64,000 bases of DNA from the human T2T-CHM13v2.0 reference genome, Homo sapiens: assembly GCF_009914755.1 (NCBI RefSeq), contig NC_060925.1; one strand, given 5' to 3'. Positions 1 to 20,945 of the stretch are shown piece after piece. Both the position numbers and the translations under genes were made by a program. Under the pieces are notes generated by a model. That model did no database searches, had not been told where the DNA came from, and saw nothing but the letters and a program-made list of their open reading frames with translations. The first letter of the stretch is position 1; the number at the start of each line of letters is the position of its first letter.

Positions 1-239
1 CTCCTTCCCTCTCGGCTCCTTGACCGCTCGTCTCTTTCCCTGCGTTACACTTCTGCCACCCACTGTCAAGCCTTAGACCTTGTCATTACCAGTAACTGTT
101 GCCTCCGAAGCCTCAGTTTCAAGCATCGCACCTGATAACCACCACCACCTCCTATCTGTCCGGCTCACTTCCTTAAATTGCCTCCCTTCAGCAGCTCCAA
201 TCAACGCAGCCTGAGAACAATGGTGATGATGAAAATAAC

Positions 240-480
240 AGCACTGCCGCAACACTTACCCCATGCCAGGCACTGTCCTAAATGCTTTAGAACAGTGTTC
301 AAAATTGAACAAGTGTTCGGTCACTTGTTCAATCCTCACAACAGCCCTAGGAAGTAGCCTTATTCTTATCCCCATTCTATAGATAGGGAAACTGAGGCAC
401 AGAGAGGTCAACGAAGGGGCCCAAATGGATTCAGCTAGTGTGGGTTGAGCTGAGATGTGTACCCAGGCTGCCAGGCTGGG
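240..480. mobile_element. MIR SINE
   Basis: MIR core CCCCATTCTATAGATAGGGAAACTGAGGCACAGAGAGG. Similar MIR cores occur elsewhere, e.g. ~3500-3660, 12100-12240, 16020-16200, 24830-25040. Confidence 0.75.
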
Positions 481-799
481 CTCCCCATTTTCACTCTCTC
501 TCCTTTCTTAACCAGCTCAGATTTTGTGGGCTACTGTTATACTTCCTCCTTTGCAAACAGCCCCATCTCTGGTCTCCCTTGGGCTTTGGGCTCACTCTGG
601 GCAGCACTCCAGGCTGGGCAAGTTCAACTCTGCTTCTTCCACACCTGCCTGGAGCAGCTGCACACAGCCCTGGTCACTGATGCACTTTCCACCAACTACA
701 AGCCCTAGGGACCCTGGTGCCAGCCTGCAGTCCCGCTGCACCCCTGCAGCCCTCTCACTCTCTTCCACTCCCACAGATGACCATACCACACTTTCCCTC

Positions 800-3440
<2,641 letters not shown>

Positions 3441-4068
3441 ACTGAGGCACAGTAAAGGGGCTTCATGCTTTTTTTTGTAAACGTGCATCATTTCATGTGA
3501 TTAATTCAATTACTCCCTCAAAACCCTATGTGGTAGTACTGCTACCCTCATATTACAGACGAAGAAACTAAAGCTCTAAGAGGTTAAATTGCCCAGAGTC
3601 ACACAGGGATTTATGGCAGAGCTGGGATGCACACCCCAGCCTTTGACTCCAAGTCCAGTGCACTTTCTTCTAAGCCAGGCTGGAACTGTGGGTTCTCGCT
3701 TGGGTTCTGCCACTATCTTGCTATGTGATCTTGGGCAGTCCCTTCCCCTCTCCAGGCATCAGCCTTCTCACCTATGAGATGGGAAGGTTGGCTATGTCCT
3801 CACTCAGGGTCAGGGTTACAGCAGAGGAGCTGGGAGAGCCATTTGGATTGGCCTTACCTTCACAGCTGCCTTCAAACTTAGACTTTCGACAGGCTCTCCC
3901 AATGAGAGGACATGTGCAGTTACTGACACGCACTGACTGAAAGAAGATGCTGGCTGTACAAACTTGCTGGACCCACTGCTGGTGAGGCTCTGAGAATTAA
4001 TTACTTTTATACAACCATAATTACATCATGAATAGCACAATCCTACAGGATTATACTGTAGTAGTTAA

Positions 4069-4787
<719 letters not shown>

Positions 4788-4878
4788 TTGTCTTTATTTT
4801 TCAAAACCCCGGAAGCCCCACCAAATGGAGCTTTTGGCCCTTTTCTCCCAGGTCCCTCCTCCCAGCACCATGACTCAC

Positions 4879-5029
4879 GTTGAAGATATTACTGATGACC
4901 ATCCTCAGGGTGCCTAAAGCTGTCACCTCCACCAGCACCATCACCACCAACTGCGCCAAGTTGACCTTCCCCAAGACAGCACCCGCTGAGATCAGCACCG
5001 ACATAGCACTCATGGTGGCCAGCCGAATA
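4879..5029 (-). CDS. RHCE: RHCE exon 3 (c.336-486)
   Basis: CCCCAG acceptor and GTGAGT donor, 151 nt. Encodes IRLATMSAMSVLISAGAVLGKVNLAQLVVMVLVEVTALGTLRMVISNIFN with RHCE-type Met121, Ala127, Gly128, Thr152. Confidence 0.98.
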
Positions 5030-5082
5030 CTGGGGGTGAGAAGGAGAGCCAGGATGACTGAGAAGGAAGGATGCCTCTCACT

Positions 5083-5108
5083 CATTCATTCATTCATTCA
5101 TTCATTCA
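5083..5108. repeat. (TTCA)n STR just upstream of the RHCE exon 3 acceptor
   Basis: About six CATT units. Confidence 0.9.
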
Positions 5109-6152
5109 ACAAACACTGTTGGGCACCTTACTTTCTGTGGAAATAGAAGACAAGATTTCTACCCACCTGGGCGCTGATGCTGCAGAGTGGAGTGACCATC
5201 TCTTCTCCCGTTAAGGTGGCCTCTGCACCCTGAGCCATGTGGTCTGGCAGATGACTTAACCACTCTGTGCCTCAGTGCCTTCATCTATGAGGCATTGATC
5301 TACACACACTCATCTGACTGAGGGTGATCGGGGTGACTGTTCCCTCAGGGGATCTGATAACTGGGATTCTGCCCAGTCTTCTTTTCTGCTGCCATCATTC
5401 GGATGCTCAACAGAGGGCACTCTTCCCCCGCAGGCCTGCCCACATCCAGTCACCCCATCCTCATCTGGGGCCACTGTCCCTTCTCTCCCTCTCCGTGGCA
5501 GTGGAAAGAAACTGGATTTGGAATCAGGACAAGCCCGGCTTCCAGTCCCAGCCTTGCCACTGGAGTGGCTATTTCATCTCACTGAGCCTATTTCTCCTTC
5601 TGCAAATTAAGAATGATGATCAAACGTATCCCATGTTGGTGTCCTGGGGATGTGAAGGAGTATTCTTCCTATCGGTGTGTCTAGCACCAAGACTGGCACA
5701 AAGAACCAACTCCTGAAAAGACACTAGCCTTATTAACACTATTACGATTCCTTCCTTCCCTTGACCAATGAGCATGCTCAGGAGGAGAAAATTATTTTGG
5801 TCTTGAAGGTTCTTATGATCCAAAAAAAAAAAAAATGTACTTATGATCTAGACAGGCTACATACACCATGAGCCTGTCAACTAAGAATATCTGTGATATC
5901 ACAAGGCTAGTGGGGTTCATTGGAAGGAGAGGGTGATGCTGACTGGACTTATCAGGGAGGACTTCCTGGAGGAAGTGGTACTGAGCTGGACAATCCATGG
6001 ACATCCAGTCTCCCCTGAGCAGCTTGCTCTGAGACTCCCTCCTCCCTCTGGGAGTTAATGATGATGATGCTACAACCACAGCAACAGTGATGATAATGAT
6101 TTATTATAAGAGCATTTTGTAAAACAGGCTTGTAACAGCATCACCTCTTTTA

Positions 6153-6494
<342 letters not shown>

Positions 6495-7191
6495 CTAGCT
6501 CACCGTTCAGTATCCCCATTTTACAGAGGGTCACGTAGAGGATTAAAATGGACTTTTTGGAAACAGTCATGCCAGCTGATCACAAATGTGAGGTTCAAAT
6601 CCAGCTGGCCTAGATCCAAAGCCTGTGCTCTGAAGTCTGGACTCAGCTTCCCCAGTGTTTGCTGCAGACTATGCCCGCTTAAGCCTCAAGGACTTTAGGG
6701 GAAGGTCATAAAAGGGCAAGGGCATGGGGAAGGAGTCTTACAGGGACCAGGAATTTAGAATAAGGGGTTATTCAATGTTCCATCGTGCCTGGACAGGTTA
6801 TTCCTTTTAAGTGGGTGTTCATTTCATTGACAAAGGCTTAACTCAGGAGCGTGTGTGCCGGCGGCGGTATTTCATTCCTCAAGGGCCAGTTTGTGCTGAG
6901 GAGGTGCTAAGACAGTGATGTGCAGTGGTTAGGAGCGTGCTCTCAGGTCTAGGCTGCCTGGGCTGGAATCTTGACTCAGACACTTTCTGGCTGTGTGATC
7001 CTGGGCAACTTATTTAATCACTCTGTGCCTTGGTGCCTCCATTTATAAGGTGGACCCAATGCCTCTGGAGCCACGGTAAGGGCAAAGTGAGTTGATATAC
7101 GTCAAGCACAATAAAGGAGTTGGTTATTGCTATTATCTTCTAGGGAGAGTCCTGCAGATTTCAAAATACATTAAAAATATCACACTTTTAA

Positions 7192-8060
7192 GGCCAGGAA
7201 TGGTGGCTCACACCTGTAATCTTAGCACTTTGGGAGGCTGAGGTGGGAGGATTGCTTAAGGCCTGGAGTTTGAGACCAGCCTGGGCAACATAGTGAGACT
7301 CCATCTCTACAAAAAGCAAAAAAAAAAAAAAAAAAGCTAGGCGTGGTGGTGTGTGCCTGTGGTCTCAGCTACTCAGGAGGCTGTAATTCCAGTACTTTTC
7401 GGAGCCGAGGTGGGCAGATCACTTGAGCCCAGGAGTTTGAGACCAGCCTGAGCAACACAGTGAGGTCCTGTCTCTGCAGAAGACAGAAAAATCAGCTAGG
7501 CGTGGTGGTGTGCACCCATAGTCCCAGCTACTTAGGAGGCTGAGGCAGGAGGATCACCTGAACCCAGTGAGGCTGAGGCTGAGTGAGCCATGAACATGCC
7601 ACTTCACTCCAGCCTGGACAACAGAGTGAGACCCTGTCTCAAACACAGTTTTAGGCCGGGCACAGTGGCTCACGCCTGTAATCCCAGTACTTTGGGAGGC
7701 CTAGGCGGGTGGATCACTTGAGGTCAGGAGTTCGAGACCAACCTGACCCACCTGGTGAAACCCCGTCTCTACTAAAAACACAAAAATTAGCCGGGCATGG
7801 TAGCAGGCGTCTGTAAAAAAATTTAACTCAGGAGGCTGAGGTGGGAGGATCACTTGAGCCCAGGAGGCAGAGGCTGCAATGAGCTATGATTGTACCACTG
7901 GGAAGTGACAAAGGGCACCCTGGGGGATTTCAAATGGTGGTGGCCCTGGTTTGGTGTTGCTGCCAGGTGAGTCCTTAAGCTATAGCAATGAGCTATGATT
8001 GTACCACTGCACTCCAGACTGGGCAACAGAGCAAGACCCTGTCTCTAAAAAAATAAATAA
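7192..8060 (+). mobile_element. AluJ host interrupted by two templated insertions
   Basis: Alu sequence runs 7192-7383, resumes at 7826, is broken again at 7901-7984, and has its tail at ~8047-8060. Confidence 0.85.
7876..8009. other. RHCE*C-specific 109-bp intron-2 insertion with 25-bp flanking duplication
   Basis: GCAATGAGCTATGATTGTACCACTG occurs at 7876-7900 and 7985-8009, an offset of exactly 109 bp, ~2.85 kb upstream of exon 3 in transcript orientation. It co-occurs with the C-type exon 2. Confidence 0.95.
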
Positions 8061-8660
8061 AATTTTAAAACATCCCACTTCAGAGTTCCGTTTATTTTCA
8101 TTTTTGCTCCAATAGCCATTTGCTAAGTTATCAGTATGTGAGGAAAACAAACAACAACGTTGAATAAGATAGGCCCCTCCCCTGAAGGGACTCAAAACAG
8201 AACCAAATCAGTCCCAAGTCAAGTGGCACAAGCTGGAGTGTTGCCAAGGGAGAGTACCCCGTCCCCAGGGGCAGGCCTGGGCACCACCCATCAGCACAGC
8301 CCTGACGGGAACCGGTCAGGAAGGAGCCAGTTTCAGCAGGGGTCACCCCTAGGGGGATCCAAGCAGTCAGGGGTGGGGCAGGGGAGTTCACTCAGGCTGC
8401 GAGTGACTTCTCTCCCTTCTCGTCTTTCTAGATTGAGTCAAGAACAAACAGGTCCCTGTGGACATCAGATGAGGGGAGCAGCCCTAGACTGTGGGGCAGG
8501 AGGCTGAAGGCTGGTGTGACCTTAAGCTAAGGCAGCAACACCAAACCAGGGCCACCACCATTTGAAATCCCCCAGGGTGCCCTTTGTCACTTCCCAGGTG
8601 GACACAGTGTGTGTATGCGTGCATGTGTGCGTGTGTGTATTGAATTCTGGTGGGAATTAA

Positions 8661-9578
<918 letters not shown>

Positions 9579-10331
9579 TCTAAACCTTTTAAAAAAGAAA
9601 AATATATAAAGTTTTTTCCCTCCAGGGCCAATCGGGAGCTGGCTAGACTGTGTTTCATGTTCTGAGCACTCTGGAGCATGTGGAAAAGGTTATAATAAAA
9701 AGTTGGAGCCATCTCCACCACTTAGCTGTGTGGCCCTAGGCAAGTGCCTTGCCCTCTCTGAGCTTCCACTTCCTTACCTGTATACCAGGTTAGATCCCTA
9801 CCCGGAAGAGTTAAACAAAATAATATTTGTGGAGTGCTCAGCACAGTTCCTGGCTCATAGAGAAATGTTTAACAGCAGTGCCCAGAGGTTTAGCAGGGTC
9901 TTAGAAGGGGAGGCTGGAATGGCCTTGAGAGGTCCCTAAGATGCCTAGGATGACGTTTACCATCATCTGGGCAGCACAGGGATTCAGAGGTTTGAACAAA
10001 ACAAAACAATGTTTCAGGAAAAAATTTAGCCTACTTCCTCCTATTAAGTGCCAATGCCCTTTTAAAACGTGTATAGCTTGATGTGTAATCATCACCCAGG
10101 TGAACATAGAGAACATTTTCTGCACCCCATGCGGTTATTTTGTGTTCCTTCCTAATCAATATCCACCTCCTGCCCAGGTAACAACTATTCTGACTTCTGG
10201 CACCATACATTAGTTGTGATGGTTCTTAGCATTTCACACAAATGCATGTAAACAAAGCACAGGTAATTTAATGAAAATAAAGGCATGGCTATTTATTGTC
10301 TAGCAGCATTAGGGGGCTGAAAGTCCTTTCT

Positions 10332-10650
<319 letters not shown>

Positions 10651-10825
10651 TAGAATGTCTCTCTAGGTGTGGCATGTCTATTTCTCTCTGTCTAACGTGT
10701 TTCCTTCTTACGTTTTCCATAAACTTATATTGATTATGTAACTTTACAAAATCATAATCGACAATAACAGGAAAGAAAGGATGCAGGAGGAATGTAGGCC
10801 TGGATTCCTTGTGATACACGGAGTA

Positions 10826-10913
10826 GGGCTGTCCAGTAAAATACAGGATGCCCAGTTAATTTGAATTTTAAACAATGAATAATCTTTTAGTATAAGGATG
10901 TCCTAAATATTGC
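10826..10913. mobile_element. MER53-like hAT fragment
   Basis: TAAAATACAGGATGCCCAGTTAATTTGAATTT...AAATATTGCA resembles the MER53 consensus (from memory). Confidence 0.6.
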
Positions 10914-11025
10914 ACAGCACTGGTGCTAGACAGAGAGGGGGCAATATCCCAGATCTTCTGGAACCTGTCCTTTCGGGGTCCATTCCCTCTATGACCCAGA
11001 AGTGATCCAGCCACCATCCCAATAC

Positions 11026-11212
11026 CTGAACAGTGTGATGACCACCTTCCCAGAAGGGAACTGGCTCAGGAAGCCGTCCAGCAGGATTGCCCACTGCACA
11101 CCAAGCGCCAGCATGAAGAGGTTGAAGGCCACACTGCTCCAGCTGTGTCTCCGGAAACTCGAGGTGAGGAAGCCCAAGCCAATGGCCGCCATCACGGTCA
11201 GATCTTGGCCAA
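11026..11212 (-). CDS. RHCE: RHCE exon 2 (c.149-335), RHD-like/C-antigen type
   Basis: CAG acceptor and GTATT donor, 187 nt. Encodes [25 protein letters not shown]...[12 protein letters not shown]. Diagnostic bases: 150T, 178A (Ile60, 11183), 201G, 203G (Ser68, 11158), 307T (Ser103, 11054). Confidence 0.98.
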
Positions 11213-12239
11213 CTGCTCGGTGGGGAGATGGCGAGAAGGAGGAGGGGGAAGCAGACGAGATTTAGGGTGGTATGAAATTAGAGTCTTACTAAATGGCAGC
11301 TGGAAGGGGCATGCAAGATCGTTTACAAGTATTTGGTCAAGTTACTTTGCCTCTTTGAGCCTCAATGTTCTCAACTGAATAATGGGGATAACATAACATG
11401 CCGTGTGGGGATAAGATAAGGATTAGAGGAGCTAAAGCTAATTAAGCACTTAGGGCAGGGCCTGGCCCATAATGAGTGCTCAGTAAATGTGGCAATTATT
11501 CTATTATTAAACCTAATAATAAGAACAAGTGTAAAGCACACGTGCTTGACGCACATGGACACTCAGTAAAGGTCATTGCTGCTGTTATTGCATATGAGGG
11601 CCAACCCCCTGGCTGGGCACATGAGAAAATGAAGCCACAGAAGCCAAGTGACTTGTCCCAGGACACACAGAAAAGAGAGGGCAGAGATAGGCCCAGCGCT
11701 CTTGTTGTTGGGAACCACATAATCTTCACAGCAAACCTCCCTCCCTTTGCCGCCTGCTGCGAGGGACCTGGTGAGCTGGCTGGCAGAAAACATCAGGGCC
11801 ACCTGGGTAGCCCTCACCTTTCCCGGTCTCAGACCCTGAGCAGAGGCTGCTGTGGCAGGTGAGTGGAAGAGACGCACCTGAGGGCAGGGAGGGGCCCAGC
11901 AAAGCGGAGGGTGAGCACTTTGGTTTAATTCCAGTTTTGAAAAAGGGTTAGCAGCTTGAGCTCCAGAACGAGACAAACTTGGGTTCAAATCAGGACTCTG
12001 GCACCCTCTAACTGTGTGATCTTGATCTAGTTACTTAACATCTCTGAGCTTTATAACAGCCTACATTTCCTAAGCGTTTACCATGTGCCTACGCTGTTTT
12101 AATCACTTTACATAGACTATCTTGTTTCGTTCTCACAACCACACTTTGACTTGGGTGCTGTTACTGTCACCATTTTACAGATATGAAAACCAAGGCACAG
12201 AGGCGTTATGTAACTTGCCCCGGTGGGTAGAGCTAAGAT

Positions 12240-13475
<1,236 letters not shown>

Positions 13476-14355
13476 TTACGTGTTTCAACTTCATAGCCCT
13501 GTGGTCTTCTAAGTTGCTTACTTTCCTTATCAACAGAATAAGGGTAATTAGAGCCACCTGAGAGGTTTCTGGGACATCCGAAGGAAATAATGTTTAGTAC
13601 AGTGCCTAGCACATGGAGAACACTCAATAAATAGTGGCTGTTCATCAACATCATCATGACAATCACAGCAATAGGAACTCACCTGCCACTGGTCTCCAGC
13701 CCTGGCTTTGATAACAATGAGAAGCTCTCATTACTGGAACTCTCCAAAGTCTCAGAAAAAGTCTTTGATTTATAAAGTACATTTAAATTCACTTCCATTG
13801 AAACGTACACACACCCAGGGTCTGCCAGAGAGGACAAGGGAGGACACTGACATTTCCAAATCAACCTGACACCACCAGGATATAGGAGACCCCCAAGGAC
13901 CTCCACGGGACCTGGGGATTTGGGGCGTGGGTGAGAAGTGGGCATTAGGAAGGATTCAACTCTTTGCACTTCTTCTGACAGCAAGGAGGGAGGTGCAGGG
14001 AATGTTTCTATCTCCTGCTTGCATCCTTAGGAATGGGGGTGTGTGACCAGGGGACATTTTCTACAGGGGTTCCTCTTGGGATTACTCAAATTCCCTCAGG
14101 AGCCAAGCAGGAAATATGTATATGAAGGTGCAGTGCACATGTGGGAGCAGTGAGGCTTGTGTTCAGTTGGAGACTGCATGCCCCACTTCAGATATGCAAA
14201 TCCAACCTTTTATTAAACACGATTGTTAAAGTGCATCTGCCATTTTGTAGCAATGCTATATGCATAGGGTCCAGACTTATTGAAGATTCCATGAGTAGAG
14301 CAATTCTTCCATTTTCCTCTCATTTTACAGAAGGGGACCAGAGAGAGCCTGTGAG

Positions 14356-15960
<1,605 letters not shown>

Positions 15961-17059
15961 CGAGAGATAAGGCAATACTCACCATTGTTGTAACAGCAGG
16001 CACACAGATAGACAGTACCCCACGTTCCAGGCACTGTTCTACGTGCCTTACAGACTTAGCCCACAACAGCCTCAGGTAGGAGGTACGATTTATTATCCCC
16101 ATTTTAGAGAGGGGGAAAGGGAGGCACAGAGAGGTGCTATAACTAGTCCAAGTCACAGAGCTAGTAAATGGTAGCAGGAGGATTCAAACCCTACCTACCT
16201 AGGTTTAACCATTATGCCATCCTGCCTTTCTATACAGCATATATAGCGTAACGGTGATGAACAGTGTGGGTCTCTCAATCAGGTTGTCAGTGTTCAGAGC
16301 CTGGCTCTTCCTCTGTGTCCCAGCTTCCTGAGCTGTAAAATTGAGATGAAACAATGCCAGCTGCTCAGAGGATTGCCATGAGCATTGAGCTCGCTGGCTC
16401 ATGCAAGTCACTTTGCCCAGCATTGGGTACGTAGTGAGTGTTAGTAACTGTTACCCCGTGCCGGCCGCTGATTAGCGGTGTGACTTTAGGCAAGACTGCT
16501 CTCCCCCAGGCCTGTTGCAAAGAGACCACTTGCAAAGAGTTCGTTTGGATAACAGCACTTTGGCCTTCTGAGTCCATCCCCTTGGGCAGCTGCCTCCTCC
16601 GGTCAGCTGCCTCTGTGATTCTGGATCTGCACCCCCTCCCACTCTTGCCCCTCCCTCTGGCCTGCAGAAACTTCAGCACCAAGAGCTCTGAAGGCAGAAC
16701 CAGCTTCACTCCCCCAGGCTCTAGGGTTGACCTCCACCCTGTGCTCCCACTGCTGCCTGGAAAGACCACTGCAGCCTCAGGAGGCCGCCACCTCCTCGCC
16801 CACAGCCTCTACTCTACCGGCGACTCTCACCCCTCCAGCAGCCTGGGAAGAAAAACAGAGATTTCCCAAAGGGGCAGACCAAAGCTGCAGTGTGGAAGGT
16901 GCCAGGGTTTGGAGTGTTTACATGTCACTGGGAAAACTCCTCTGTCTTCTAGTAGCCCCTCTCTCTGCCTTTGAGGAGTATGGGGTGGGGATGGGGGACT
17001 GAGTGGTATCCACAGCACAGGACCCAGGATAGTCTCCCAGTTTGGTAGCCTTAGGGAAG

Positions 17060-17321
17060 CTCTGCCTGGTAGGCGATTGTTACAGTAATGGCCCCCAGTG
17101 AATCACCAATTGCCAAACATGTGAATGAGGTCATCTGAGGCCATCCCACCCCAAACTGCAGATGCATGAATGACCCTGGGTGAAACTAACAGAAGAACTG
17201 CCCAGCTGAACCCAGCCCAGTTGTTGCACCACAGAATCATGATCATGAGTAAATTAAAAGGTTGCTATTTTAAGCCACTAAGTTTGGGGTGGCTGTTATG
17301 CAGCAATAGGTAATTGATACT
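17060..17321 (+). mobile_element. MLT1-type (ERVL-MaLR) LTR fragment
   Basis: 3' end GCTATTTTAAGCCACTAAGTTTGGGGTGGCTGTTATGCAGCAATAGGTAATTGATAC is typical of MLT1. Confidence 0.75.
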
Positions 17322-17688
17322 CTCTGCTTCCCCTAAGCATATCATAGGCCCCTTAACTCCAAGCCCAGAATGAACATATCATTGTTCATTCATCCTCACA
17401 ACCTGTCCCTCCCCTTCTGTCTCTCACCTCAGGAACTGGCACCTCTCTATGCCAAATCATACATCTGCAGCCAGTCTTAACTCCCCACTCTTTTCATCAA
17501 GTACAGCTGACTTTATCTCCTAAATATCTCTAGAATCTCCTCCACTGCCCCTGCCCATCTGGTCTCATCACAGGTCATCCAGACCAGTAGTCATTACAGC
17601 AAAGAACACACACCCCAGAAAATGCTCAATACAATCACCAGGGTAGCTGGAAGAAAACAAGCAATTCTAGTTTTATTTATTTTATTTA

Positions 17689-18065
<377 letters not shown>

Positions 18066-18181
18066 TTAATGAAACAAGTACTATCATCCTCTGACAGAAG
18101 TAGAAACAGAGGCAGAAAGAGGTTGACTAATCTGCCCAAGGTCTCTAAGATACAGAGGCAAGATTTGAATCAGTCTAGCTC

Positions 18182-18368
18182 CAGGAATTCTCGAACTTTC
18201 ATGCACAGAAGAATCACCCAGAGGGCTTGTGAAAACACAGATTGCTGGGCCCCAGGCCCAGAGCTTCTGATCAGTAGGTCTGGCCTAGGGCCTGAGAATC
18301 TGCATTTCTACTAAATTTCCAGGAGATGCTGAGGCAGCAGGTCTGGGGACCACACTTTGAGAAACATG
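18182..18368. mobile_element. MER5A hAT-Charlie MITE
   Basis: AGAATCACC...AAAACACAGATTGCTGGGCCCC...GAGAATCTGCATTTCTA...GGGACCACACTTTGAGAA. Confidence 0.8.
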
Positions 18369-18614
18369 GATCTAGGCTATTCTATCTCTAAAGGTACTTT
18401 GTGAAGTTTTCAATTCTGCAAATATTTAATATTCAGATTCACCCAGAAGCCACCCCTCACTTGCTCAGGATGTCATACAGCCTTGAGTCTCCTAGCTTTG
18501 GAAGGTGCCCTAAGGGAATATTGGTCCAATGAGAAGGATTTGATACGCATTTCTCTATATTCTTCATGTTGCAACTAATGGCAGGGTTTTATGTTTTATT
18601 TATTTTTATTTTCA

Positions 18615-19250
18615 TTTTTTTTTTGAGATGGAGTCTCGCCCTGTTGCCCAGGCTGGAGTGCAGTGGTGTAATCTCAGCTCACTGAAAGCTCCGCCTCCTG
18701 GGTTCACGCCATTCTCCTGCCTCAGCCTCCCAAGTAGCTGGGACTACAGGCACCCGCCACCATACCCAGCTAATTTTTTGTATTTTTAGTAGAGATGGGG
18801 TTTCATCATGTTAGCCAGGATGGTCTCCATCTCCAGACCTCGTGATCTGCCTGCCTTGGCCTCCCAAAGTGCTGGGATTACAGGCGTGAGCCACCGCACC
18901 CAGCCTTTATGTTTTATTTATATTTTTAAATTTGTTATTACAGTCTCGCTTCACCTCAAATATTTTCATTTTTTTTTGAGACAGGGTCTTGCTCTGTCGC
19001 CCATGCTGGAGTGAAGTGGTACAATCCCGTCCCACTGCAGCCTCAAGCTCCCAGGCTCAAGCAAGCCTCTCACCTCAGCCTACTGAGTAGCTGGGACTAC
19101 AGGCATGTGCCACCACACTGGGTTAAATTTTACAGTTTTTTTTTTTTTTTTTTAGAGATGGCGGGGGGGGGTCTCCCTATGTTTCCTAGGCTGGTCTTGA
19201 ACTTCTTGGTTTAAGCAATCCTCCCCACTTGGCCTCCCTAAGTGCTCAGC
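18615..19250 (-). mobile_element. AluY + AluJ
   Basis: Antisense Alu consensus. Confidence 0.9.
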
Positions 19251-20369
19251 CAGGGTGTTTTTTTTTTTTTTAATTAACTATTACAGAACTTTCAAAGCAT
19301 ATATGAAAACAGAGAGAACAGCACGATGACCCTACGTGCCCATCTCCAAACTCTGATGATTGTCACATGAGACCAATCTTGTTTCTATAATCCTTCTCTA
19401 CTTTTTCTTTTTTCTGGTATGAAAGCAAACCCCAGATATCATGCCATTTCAATGTGCCTCTCTAACAGATAGAGCCTTAAAAAACAAAAACAAAAAAAAA
19501 ACCCACCATGCTTTTATCATACCTAACAAAATTAACAATAATCCTTGTATATCGTAAGATATTCATGCTATATTCAGATTTCCTGATTGTCTCAAAATGT
19601 CTTTTTAGAATTGGCAGGTTTGAATAATCTATTATAGTTTACCAGGACTGAATTCAATTAAGTGGATTGACAGATTAAGTTACCTAAGTTTAACTCAACA
19701 AACTTTCACAAAATGAAGTAATGGCTTAACCAACTCGTGCAGAAAAACACAGATTGGAAGCAGAGAAATAATGGCAGTCAAGTGAACAAAAAGGAAAGGC
19801 AGAGTGAAACTTCTCCTTGTACAAGCTGTCAGTCACATTCGAGATTTAAAAAATGTCGATCTAATCAGATCTGACAAGTCAATCAAGACAATTTCAAATT
19901 ATCAAGAAGACTCTGAGGAGTGAATTTTCATCCACTATCGTCAACTGTAGCAATGGACCCTGCCTGGAGATTGACACCATTATGATTAGTAATTTGAAAA
20001 TATTATATATTTCATTCTGATCTCTTTCAATTTTCCTAATTTGTATGTATTTATTATAACATACAAAATATATTAATGTAGTAATACTTAAAGTGTAACA
20101 TATAACCATGGTACATGCTCAAAAAATGGTGTGTACACCATCAGAAGGTTGAAGCCCTCGGGTCAATACTACACTACAGCCTCCACGCTGGTCTTGTGTC
20201 TCAAGCCATGCCCCTTCCCCTGTGCCCAACACCAGCCCTGGCATGGCATCCGCCATGACCCAAACCCAAACTTGTCGCGCTCCTGTTTACTATTCGGACC
20301 TCAGACTGAAGCCAAACTCCGTATGCAGCCCAGTGAGTCTACCACCCACTGCTTCCCTGTTTATTTTTA

Positions 20370-20945
20370 TTTATTACTATTATTTTTTTCAGACAGAGTC
20401 CCACTCTGTCACCCAGGCTGGAGTGCAGTGGCGTATTCTCAGCTCAGCTACCTCTACCTCCTGGGTTCAAGCAATTCTCCTCCCTCAGCTTCCCAAGCAG
20501 CTGGGACTACAGGCACGTGCCACCACATCCGGCTAATTTTTGTATTTTTAGTAGAGACAGGGTTTCACCATATGGGCCAGGCTGGTCTCGAACTCCTGAC
20601 CTCAGGTGATCTGCCCGCCTTGGCCTCCCAAAGTGTTTGGGATTACAGGCATGAGCCACCACACCCAGTCCCTGCTCTCCTCTTTGTTTTTTGTTGTTGT
20701 TGTTGTTTTTGTTTGGTTTTTTGAGATGAAGTCTTGCTCTGTCGCCCAGGCTGGAGTGTAATGGCCTCCCAAGTAGCTGGGATTACAGACGTGTGCCACC
20801 ACACCCGGCTAGTTTTTATAATTTTAGTAGAGATGGGGTTTTGCCATGTTGGCCAGGCTGGTCTTGAACTCCTAACCTCAGGTGATTCTCCAGCCTTGGC
20901 CTCCCAAAGTGCTGGGATTACAGGTGTCAGCTACCTCGCCCAGCC
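20370..20945 (-). mobile_element. Two Alus, the second internally deleted
   Basis: The second Alu jumps from CTGGAGTGTAATGG to CCTCCCAAGTAGC. Confidence 0.88.

Noticed and set aside
7964-7972. Perfect donor CAG|GTGAGT created inside the 109-bp insertion
   Set aside because: It is on the plus strand, antisense to RHCE, and I see no evidence of a plus-strand transcript here.
7876-8009. Repeat-spacer-repeat with a spacer matching nearby DNA (CRISPR-like appearance)
   Set aside because: There are only two repeats, they are Alu sequence, the DNA is human and there are no cas genes. A target duplication around a templated insertion explains it.
11026-11212. Calling the gene RHD because exon 2 is RHD-like
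   Set aside because: The exon 3 residues, promoter variant, Cys16, 109-bp insertion and head-to-head position with MACO1 all indicate RHCE*C.
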